A program made the position numbers and the translations under genes. This document shows positions 57,159 to 64,000 of a stretch of 64,000 nucleotides of DNA, in pieces. Position 1 is the first letter of the stretch; every line of letters starts with the position of its first letter. The stretch spans positions 1 through 64,000 of the forward strand of contig CAVTLK010000004.1 in assembly GCA_963735595.1 (NCBI GenBank). The letters run 5' to 3'. The DNA comes from an uncultured delta proteobacterium (lineage in GTDB: Bacteria > Desulfobacterota > Zymogenia > Zymogenales > Zymogenaceae). The notes beneath the pieces were generated by a model. The model searched no databases, had not been told where the DNA came from, and saw only the letters and a list, made by a program, of their open reading frames with translations.

Positions 57159-57283
57159 GAGGGCGAGAGGGCGGAGAGGGGGAGAGAGGGGGAGAAGAAC
57201 TCCGTGAAAACCTCCGTGTAACTCCGTGCCCTCCGTGGTTAAAAAAACGGTCCAACGGTACAAGGGTACAAGGGTGCAACGGG
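57120..57283. repeat. Mixed short-period repeats: 8-mer GGT(A/G)CAA(G/C), purine-rich GAGAGGG 8-mers, and 4x CTCCGTG ending in GTTAA
   Basis: Read directly from the sequence; overlaps the NTase stop codon and fills the convergent intergenic gap. Confidence 0.75.
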
Positions 57284-57709
57284 CTAATATAAAGATATTA
57301 GGATCGCTATCGCCATCACAAGCATAAGGCTACCTTCGATAATTAGTTGCAGGAAACCTTCACGTGTGAGCTTCTTTCTGATCGTGGTAACCATAACGAT
57401 CTGTATTAATGCCCAGGCGAGAGATACAGCAACCATGCCCTTTGCCATTGGCCAGTTTGCTGTTATAAAAGTGAAAGCCATAAAAACACTGGAATAGAGG
57501 TAGCCCATCAGGAACAGGAGGAGCGGATGTCCTTCGGGGTGGTAGCCTTTGAATATGTACCATCCGGAGAGGAGATAAACAATGGAGACAAACAGAAGTG
57601 AATATGTCAGCAGTTGGTTTTCCCGGTTAAGGAACCCCAGTAATGCGGCAACAATTCCTATAAGGAAGATCACCGTACATACTATTGAGAGCGCATTGGT
57701 TTTCTTCAT
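57284..57709 (-). CDS. Hypothetical membrane protein
   Basis: 141 aa with about five hydrophobic segments. Confidence 0.6.
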   Translation of the reverse strand: MKKTNALSIVCTVIFLIGIVAALLGFLNRENQLLTYSLLFVSIVYLLSGWYIFKGYHPEGHPLLLFLMGYLYSSVFMAFTFITANWPMAKGMVAVSLAWALIQIVMVTTIRKKLTREGFLQLIIEGSLMLVMAIAILISLY

Positions 57710-57735
57710 GGAGGTTGGTTTTTTATCTTAGAATA

Positions 57736-58224
57736 TTATTTAGTCCCGGCGGTAAACACCCTGTCGTATCTCTCGAGCCATATCCTGAAATATCCTGAAT
57801 TGATCATCAGGGAATCGAGAGGGTTGGCGATGTTTTTTACCTTAAAGTGAAAATCTCCTATTACATCTCCCATCTCCTGTCCGGTAATCCGGAATTCGCC
57901 GGATGTAGAGTTGTAGACTTTAGATTTACCATCGGCCATTTCGACGATGTAACGTGCTTCGAAAGCAGGATAAGTAAAAAGAGTTTTTGTATAGGAAGTA
58001 TCGTAAGCCTGTATATACAATGAGCTTTGTCCGAGGTTATAGATATGCCAGTCGAAGCCCTTTTTTTCAATTCCGGAATAATCAGTATATCGATAAGCAT
58101 ATCCTTTAGGTGTATATAGCTTTCCTCCTACATTATATTCGAGCAGTTCTGCACGGGGAGTCTCTTCGGTGCAGGAGATTAAGAGTGTGAGAGCGCAGAG
58201 GAGGGTTAGGAGAGATTTTTTCAT
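57736..58224 (-). CDS. Hypothetical lipoprotein
   Basis: MKK + hydrophobic stretch + LISC lipobox; beta-rich SGEFRIT..GDFHF..INSGYF. Confidence 0.65.
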   Translation of the reverse strand: MKKSLLTLLCALTLLISCTEETPRAELLEYNVGGKLYTPKGYAYRYTDYSGIEKKGFDWHIYNLGQSSLYIQAYDTSYTKTLFTYPAFEARYIVEMADGKSKVYNSTSGEFRITGQEMGDVIGDFHFKVKNIANPLDSLMINSGYFRIWLERYDRVFTAGTK

Positions 58225-58342
58225 TCAGAACGTATTAAGAATATAAAATTATTGAAAAAAATTGAAAGAACGAATATCCTGATGAATCAAATGGTGTGGA
58301 GCACAGGACGAATAGTGGAGACTGGCTCAAAAGAGAAATCCA

Positions 58343-58475
58343 TTAACCGCAAAGTGCGCAAAGGTTCTACGCAAAGGTCGCAAAGTGTTATTTATCTACA
58401 CTATAACTTTGCGTTCTTTGCGTTCCTACCCGCCGGTGCTCAAGCGCAGGCGGGCTTAGCGCACTTTGCGGTTAA
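58343..58475. repeat. 133-bp palindromic (MITE/REP-like) element
   Basis: Perfect 17-bp terminal inverted repeat TTAACCGCAAAGTGCGC / GCGCACTTTGCGGTTAA, with internal CGCAAAG / CTTTGCG iterations. Confidence 0.8.
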
Positions 58476-58505
58476 AGCTGATTTTTGAGTTCCTCTCTTT
58501 TTATT

Positions 58506-58680
58506 TGCAGTTGCAGCGCACCGTAATATTTGTAGGTGCAGCGCACCGTAATATTTGTAGGTGCAGCGCACCGTAATATTTGTAGGTGCAGAGCACCGCA
58601 ATATTTGTAGGTGCAGAGCACCGTGATATTGGTAGGTGCAGAGCACCGTGATATTTGTAGGTGCAGAGCACCGGAATATT
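58506..58680 (+). repeat. Tandem array of 7 x 25-bp hairpin units (first unit degenerate)
   Basis: Unit TGTAGGTGCAG(A/C)GCACCGT(A/G)ATATT, containing the GGTGC-N3-GCACC palindrome. Confidence 0.95.
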
Positions 58681-58756
58681 TATTGAACGATTTCTAAAAT
58701 AAATTTTAATACGTATCTTTATGATGCTCGCTAGTCAATTACAAATTTTAATAAAA

Positions 58757-59230
58757 ATGGCAAATACATACACACAGTGCTATTTCCATCTGGTATTTGC
58801 GGTAAAGAACCGTAATGCCCTGATTAAAAAAGAATGGAAGAATGAAATGGAGAAATATATTACAGGAATTGTCCAGAACCACCATCATAAGATGCTGGCA
58901 ATAGGTTCGATGCCCGATCATATCCATTTTTTAATAGGGTATAACGTAAATCATTTGGTACCGGACCTGGTTGAAGAGGTAAAGACCTCTACAAATTCAT
59001 GGATAAAAGAGAGGAGATTATCAAAATTTAAGTTTGAATGGCAAAAAGGTTATGGAGCATTTACTCATTCCCACTCTCAGATAGATTTTGTTGTAAAATA
59101 TATTTTATCGCAGGAGGAACATCATAAAAAACAATCTTTCAGAGATGAATATTTAGAAATGCTGGAAAATAACGAGGTTCTTTTCGATCACGAATATTTG
59201 TTCGATTATTTTGATGATATTGATGAATAG
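58757..59230 (+). mobile_element. tnpA: IS200/IS605-family Y1 (HUH) transposase, RAYT-like context
   Basis: MANTYTQ..FHLVFAVKNR, HUH motif MPDHIH, EVKTST..W, FEWQKGYGAF, catalytic-Tyr helix KYILSQEEHH; no tnpB nearby. Confidence 0.9.
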
Positions 59231-59235
59231 GATCT

Positions 59236-59308
59236 AATATTCCGGTGCTCTGCACCTAGGAGGTATTTTTCGACCCTCTTTCTACAAATATTACGCGGCT
59301 CTGCCGCT
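59236..59308 (-). repeat. Two inverted copies of the array unit downstream of tnpA
   Basis: AATATTCCGGTGCTCTGCACCTA (59236-59258) is the exact reverse complement of 58658-58680; CTACAAATATTACGCGGCTCTGCCGCT (59282-59308) is a stem variant. Confidence 0.85.
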
Positions 59309-59432
59309 CAAGAAGGCAATGATTATGCAAATCTACCAATGGTGATTAAATGTAATTTAGGTTGATTAGCTCAATTTTTTCAAAATAGATAACAGGCTCA
59401 GATGTTTTAACGGTGCAACGAACATTAATCTC

Positions 59433-59807
59433 TCTAGGTGCAGAGCACCGTAATATTGGTAGGTGCAGATCACCGTGATATTTGTAGGTGCAGCGCACCG
59501 TAATATTGGTAGGTGCAGAGCACCGTAATATTGGTAGGTGCAGAGCACCGTAATATTGGTAGGTGCAGAGCACCGTAATATTTGTAGGTGCAGAGCACCG
59601 TGATATTTGTAGGTGCAGAGCACCGTGATATTTGTAGGTGCAGAGCACCGTAATATTTGTAGGTGCAGCGCACCGTAATATTGGTAGGTGCAGAGCACCG
59701 TAATATTTGTAGGTGCAGAGCACCGTGATATTTGTAGGTGCAGCGCACCGTAATATTTGTAGGTGCAGCGTACCGTAATCTTTGTAGGTGCAGCGTACCG
59801 CAATATC
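59433..59807 (+). repeat. Tandem array of 15 x 25-bp hairpin units
   Basis: 375 bp = 15 units of the same consensus as 58506-58680, with no spacers. Confidence 0.95.
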
Positions 59808-59816
59808 TATCCGGAT

Positions 59817-60051
59817 GGAAAAGATGAACCCCGGGTTTCAGTGGCGGGGACCCGGGGTTCCGAGGACCTCTCTGCCTGTGGTGTCTATCCGCACATTATG
59901 GCATGAGAGGCAGCAGCGAGACTGCTAACATCAGGCTTACCCTGTGTGCCGTAGCCCTGGAGAAGGCACAAGCCCGGGGTTAACAGACATTCCGTACACG
60001 GCGGGACTTTAGTCCCTGCTTTCATTCAAATAAGGTAGCAGCGAGACTACC
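59817..60051 (-). ncRNA. Candidate structured non-coding RNA ending in an intrinsic terminator (strand inferred)
   Basis: GC-rich and without a credible ORF; several hairpins; an 11-bp stem at 59826-59860 followed by a U-rich tail on minus; a duplicated hairpin with identical loop. Confidence 0.45.
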
Positions 60052-60107
60052 ATTATCGTTAATCAGGCATAAGAAATAGTAATTTGAATAATTGGCGTTC
60101 AAGCAAT

Positions 60108-60365
60108 TCATTGGCTGTTTTTCTCTTTTTCGGCTTCGATTGCCTTGCCTCTTTTCCAAAGGGATTTGCCGTAAGTAAAAGCGAGTAAAAAACCACCCAG
60201 AATAAAAGCTAATATCTGGACTAGAGTTGTCCATTTCAAAAAATATTCAAGGACTTCCTTGTTCTGGACTATTACAAAAAAAATCCCTGTAAAAATTCCC
60301 CATGGAAGACCAATAACCCAAATTGCTCTTCTCCAATAAAAGTCTTTGAAATTGTTGTATTCCAT
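60108..60365 (-). CDS. Small two-TM membrane protein (possible immunity protein)
   Basis: 85 aa, two hydrophobic helices, basic C-terminus; directly downstream of the Gly-zipper lipoprotein. Confidence 0.55.
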   Translation of the reverse strand: MEYNNFKDFYWRRAIWVIGLPWGIFTGIFFVIVQNKEVLEYFLKWTTLVQILAFILGGFLLAFTYGKSLWKRGKAIEAEKEKNSQ

Positions 60366-60415
60366 AAATATTTGTTTTTTAATTAATAACTTAGATATTC
60401 TTAAAAATTGCACAT

Positions 60416-61252
60416 TTAGGCAGGTATAAGCGGTACTACATACAGGAAAAATACTTTCAATAATGATCCAACAATGGCGCCATAAACAGCCCCTTGCATA
60501 CCTTCAAGAAATGCAGCTGTTACAGTTCCAACTCCAGGCATGATTAATGTGCCTCCAACCCCACCGATTATAGCCCCGACAATAAATCCAGCTAGTCCTC
60601 CTTCAAAATCAGCTTCCACTATCTCCAACGCAACTTTCCAAAAATCTTCCGATTTACTATCAAGTTTTATATACTTTGTTAGATTCTTTTTCCAATAACT
60701 ATAACTGTTTTTGCCTACGGAAGACATACAGAGTAGAATGGTTTTATCTTCTTCTGAAATCTGTGACGTCCATATCTCCTTTTCTAACCTCTTTATTTGT
60801 ATAAAAGATTGAACTGAGTCAATAAAATCAATATTATGAAAAACTTCTCTGAGTTTAAATAAATACTGATTTGAAATTGTGCCTTCTTGTAAAATTGGGT
60901 ATTCTAAAATATGTTTATTATATCCTTCATTCATTTCTGAAAGAAATAATTCAGCAAGCTCTTTATAATTTTCACTGTTATAATTCATGAAATTACTTTT
61001 TGGATTAGATAAAATGAATGAAGTTGCTAATCCAGAAATGTCCTCAATACTAATTTCACTCCCTATTTTTGACCCGGCAATATTAAGGGCATAATCAAGC
61101 CCTTCATTATGCAATACACCAATATATTCATAAGGGTTAACAAATTTTTCATCTTGAATAACCTGATTAGAAAAATTTTCACAAGAGTTAAACATTATTA
61201 TCAAAAACATGCCTGATAATAATTGCAAGTAGAATTTTTTTAAGTTTTCCAT
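60416..61252 (-). CDS. Lipoprotein with C-terminal glycine-zipper hydrophobic region
   Basis: Lipobox FNSC; NPYEYIGVLHNEGL; C-terminal ADFEGGLAGFIVGAIIGGVGG..GAVYGAIVGS (GxxxG repeats); AT-rich. Confidence 0.65.
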   Translation of the reverse strand: MENLKKFYLQLLSGMFLIIMFNSCENFSNQVIQDEKFVNPYEYIGVLHNEGLDYALNIAGSKIGSEISIEDISGLATSFILSNPKSNFMNYNSENYKELAELFLSEMNEGYNKHILEYPILQEGTISNQYLFKLREVFHNIDFIDSVQSFIQIKRLEKEIWTSQISEEDKTILLCMSSVGKNSYSYWKKNLTKYIKLDSKSEDFWKVALEIVEADFEGGLAGFIVGAIIGGVGGTLIMPGVGTVTAAFLEGMQGAVYGAIVGSLLKVFFLYVVPLIPA

Positions 61253-61460
61253 TTTATTACCGTTTTTAGTGAGACATATTATTTCATTTTGGTTTCGTAC
61301 CAAAATATATTCCACCACTTATTTAATTGTTTTTAAGAATAAACCTTGAACAAAATGAATTGTCCAACTACAATTTAGCACCTTAAAATACTATCGACAT
61401 TTCTAAACAGATAAGCAATATAAAATCATGAACTCTGATTTTTTCGGAGTTTCACTTTTT

Positions 61461-61721
61461 TTAAATTTTTTTTTCTAATACATCATCTAACATCCTGAAT
61501 TCACACACAAACCTTACGTTTTCGCGATAACAATAGCTTTGGCAGGCTCGCGAATAATATATCGGAGCCTCCAGTTCAATTTTCATTAGCTTTATTATCT
61601 GATAGACCTGACTGGTAGATATACCGAGCTTCTCCGCCAGTTCTTCCGGAGTTCCTGTTGATCTTGTACGCAACAATAAATCAATTCGCTCGATTCGCCT
61701 TATCTGATCATAGAAATCCAT
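61461..61721 (-). CDS. Small helix-turn-helix DNA-binding protein
   Basis: RIDLLLR..STGTPEELAEKLGISTSQVYQII..M...APIYYSR..QSYCY. Confidence 0.8.
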   Translation of the reverse strand: MDFYDQIRRIERIDLLLRTRSTGTPEELAEKLGISTSQVYQIIKLMKIELEAPIYYSRACQSYCYRENVRFVCEFRMLDDVLEKKI

Positions 61722-62120
61722 AATTCTTATGATTTTAAAGGGTTCTTTGCAGACAATTCTATCTCTACATGTAACAAGAGTGCATTTTGTGACACGAAAA
61801 TTTCAACTATTTTTTGTCTTTGTTTAATTTATAATCGTTCTAAATAAACACGATCCTTATTATCCTGATTATATGATAATTATAAATTTTCCTTCTATCC
61901 CTGAGGAAGCAAATTTTATTGGTAAGAATAGTGTATAACACCCACTCCCGCTTCTTAAAGGAGGAAAAAGCTCCCCCTTGCGAGTTTTTAGACTCAATCT
62001 CAACATAACACGAAAAAACATGTACCAATGGAAGAAGATCTGCAATTTGTGACCGGGAATCCGGGACGAAATTAAGAATCTCCTTGTAAATAACTGCTTA
62101 ATAACAATTGCTTTACACCT

Positions 62121-62340
62121 CACCCACCCCCTTAATTACCCACCCCCAACCCCCCAAGGGGGGCTTAACACACAACAAACCCTGCAACCCTGAAACTACC
62201 AACCCTCTTTGCTCCCCAAATAACTACCCACCACCCTTCCCCCCTGAAGGGGGGTACAATCCCAATACTAATTGTAATATGTGACGGGTTTCTGCCCCCC
62301 TTCAGGGGGGTTGGGGGGCCGGTTATAGGGGGGTTGGGAC
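62121..62340. repeat. Cluster of C-run/G-run REP-like palindromes
   Basis: CCCCCAACCCCCCAAGGGGGGC, CCCTTCCCCCTGAAGGGGGG, inverted GCCCCCCTTCAGGGGGTTGGGGG. Confidence 0.7.
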
Positions 62341-62370
62341 TGTTTTACATGGATCTGGAGTGCCGATATA

Positions 62371-62407
62371 AAAACAAAACTGGCGCAGATCATTGATCCG
62401 CGCCAGC
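62371..62407 (-). terminator. Intrinsic terminator after the PKD gene
   Basis: CTGGCGC-AGATC-ATT-GATC-C-GCGCCAG stem with AAAACAAAA on plus (U-tail on minus). Confidence 0.6.
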
Positions 62408-62463
62408 TTATTCTAATTTAATATATGCCGCGTTTTCAGTCCCGCTTAGGCGGGATTGGGGGG

Positions 62464-64000
62464 TTAGTGCAACAACGTTATATCCCCAACTATCTTGAAC
62501 GGCTTGCCATTAGCATACTTGCCTTCAACATACCATACATATACTCCCTGCGGACAAAGCTTGCCCTTGTAGTATCCGTTCCACGGGATGTTGATGCTGT
62601 TGCTCTGGAAGATCAGCACTCCCTGCCTGTTGAAGATCTGAAGCTTATAGCTCGTGACCTTCTCCCTTATCGGCGGGAAGAAGAACTGGTCTATCTCCGT
62701 GCCGCCTGTAGGCAGATCCGTACGCTCTATCGGTCCTTCCTTGTTAGGTGTGAAGACTGTCGAGAACCTGACCTCTCCCGGAGGCTCTACGGTCACTGCC
62801 GGCGACAGTACAAACTTGTCGGAACAGCCGTTGGACGAGTAAGCCCAGAGGGTGATGTCATAAACACCTTCTTCCATATACTTATGGTACGGCTCTCTCA
62901 CTCTCGAGGTGTCGCCATCACCAAAGTCCCACAGATATGAGTCATCCATTCCTACTTTTTCACTGAGGTTGAAGCACCTTACCCTCTCGTCGTTTACATA
63001 AACGAGTGCGGGTGCTACCTCAAAGTATGCCCTTGGTGAAGCATAGGCATGAATTACCTGCTGCTTCTCATCGGTTCCGCCCGGACCGGTTACCCTGTAC
63101 CTGATCTGGTATGTGCCGGCCGTGAAGTAGGTGTATGTCGGATTCTCCTCGGTCGATATATGTCCATCACCGAAGTCCCAGAAGAATGAAGTTCCCGGGG
63201 TATCCCTGTAGAGTGTCGTGTTGGTGACCTCAATATAGAGAGGTGAACAGCCCGAAGGTATCGAATCGAAGTCGGCAACAGGTGCCTGAGGCAGTATCGT
63301 TACCTGGTGTGTTGCACTGCTTGAGCACTTCTCGTTCGAAACGGTAAGAACAACATCGTAAGTGCCAAGAGCCGTGTATGAATGTGTCGGACCAGGTGCA
63401 GATGATGAGCCTCCGTCAGCGAAGTCCCAGCTGTATGTCCAGGCTGGACCTACCGGTGTTGTCAGATCGGTAAATATCACTGGATTTCCTGCCGGCAGGT
63501 AGTTCTGAGATGTCGGTGCTGCCGAGAACTGTGCCTGAGGCATCGGCATTACAACAACATCTATCTCTGAAGTATCCGTGCAGCCATAGAAGGAGCTTGT
63601 GATAAGCTGAACCGTTCTTGTTACAGGTGCTGTGGTGGTTGTGTAGAGATGCTTGACTACATTGCTTCCGGGACCTGAAGATCCATCGCCGTAATCCCAG
63701 TTATAGGTATTGGCGCCGGGAAGTGCGGTGAAGGTGAGCTGACTGCCGCTGCAGATGCTGTCGTCACTTGCTGTGAAGGTAGCATCAATCGACGGGTAGA
63801 CAGTCATCATCGAGGTCTTGAAGTCTGAACATACACCGGTTGTAACTGTCAGCCTGACTGTGCGATAAAGTATTGTAGATGCTGTGGTATTCGTGAAGGT
63901 ATGTTTAGGATTAGCCTCTGTTGTGTTGAGAGGTGTTCCATCGTCGAAGTCCCAGCTCCAGCTGTCAATACCGGTCATGTCCTTTGTAAACTGTACCGTA
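62464..64000 (-). CDS. PKD-repeat surface protein with gliding-motility/T9SS type-B C-terminal (CHU_C-like) domain; 5' end lies outside the window
   Basis: Repeated W.WDFGDG...NP.HTY PKD motifs; C-terminal FTPN..G..DQFF, IFNRQG..IF, WNG..KG..CPQGVYVW, GDITLLH. Confidence 0.9.
   Translation of the reverse strand, partial: TVQFTKDMTGIDSWSWDFDDGTPLNTTEANPKHTFTNTTASTILYRTVRLTVTTGVCSDFKTSMMTVYPSIDATFTASDDSICSGSQLTFTALPGANTYNWDYGDGSSGPGSNVVKHLYTTTTAPVTRTVQLITSSFYGCTDTSEIDVVVMPMPQAQFSAAPTSQNYLPAGNPVIFTDLTTPVGPAWTYSWDFADGGSSSAPGPTHSYTALGTYDVVLTVSNEKCSSSATHQVTILPQAPVADFDSIPSGCSPLYIEVTNTTLYRDTPGTSFFWDFGDGHISTEENPTYTYFTAGTYQIRYRVTGPGGTDEKQQVIHAYASPRAYFEVAPALVYVNDERVRCFNLSEKVGMDDSYLWDFGDGDTSRVREPYHKYMEEGVYDITLWAYSSNGCSDKFVLSPAVTVEPPGEVRFSTVFTPNKEGPIERTDLPTGGTEIDQFFFPPIREKVTSYKLQIFNRQGVLIFQSNSINIPWNGYYKGKLCPQGVYVWYVEGKYANGKPFKIVGDITLLH

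Noticed and set aside
59346..59803. Repetitive ORFs (CTYKYYGALHLQILRCSAPTNITV...) on minus, also 58440-58646
   Set aside because: They arise from translating a 25-bp tandem repeat lacking stops on that strand; there is no independent coding evidence.
58506..59807. CRISPR array
   Set aside because: Units abut with no unique spacers, and no cas genes are present in the window.
59910..60051. HDV-like or other known self-cleaving ribozyme; IscB/TnpB guide RNA
   Set aside because: I could not build the nested double pseudoknot or other catalytic cores by eye, and no iscB/tnpB gene is present. Kept only as a generic ncRNA candidate.
62425..62940. 171-aa plus-strand ORF and the many other antisense ORFs in the track
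   Set aside because: They overlap well-supported genes on the opposite strand or frame and show no recognisable motifs.

Overview
Bacterial DNA from a Bacteroidota organism, most likely Bacteroidales. This rests on a T9SS porP-K-L-M-N operon, gldA, a CHU_C-type PKD protein and TAnnTTTG promoters. About 1-52 kb is housekeeping: PBP1A, topA, T9SS core, manC-like, mlaEF, TonB receptor, trpS, rbfA, rpoN, asnS, a methionine/SAM cluster (metK; SAM-I riboswitch-metY-metX-metH-metF), cysS, ispG and rnr. About ten genes are broken by small indels, probably long-read consensus errors rather than true pseudogenes. About 52-62 kb is accessory. It holds an orphan RiPP-like cassette (PqqD/RRE, kinase-S24/S26 peptidase fusion, ABC exporter, nucleotidyltransferase), an IS200-like HUH (Y1) gene between two spacer-less 25-bp hairpin arrays, a candidate structured ncRNA, and an AT-rich HTH / glycine-zipper lipoprotein / membrane protein islet. 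Main hunt results: (i) a DUF559 nuclease gene flanked by inverted C-run/G-run palindromes that recur across the window, including inside metH; (ii) the Y1 gene with tandem hairpin arrays showing a compensatory stem variant; (iii) a Met-rich 22-aa leader ORF directly after the SAM-I riboswitch; (iv) a sigma54-type promoter plus terminator with no ORF (candidate sRNA). All calls come from reading motifs by eye; no searches were run.
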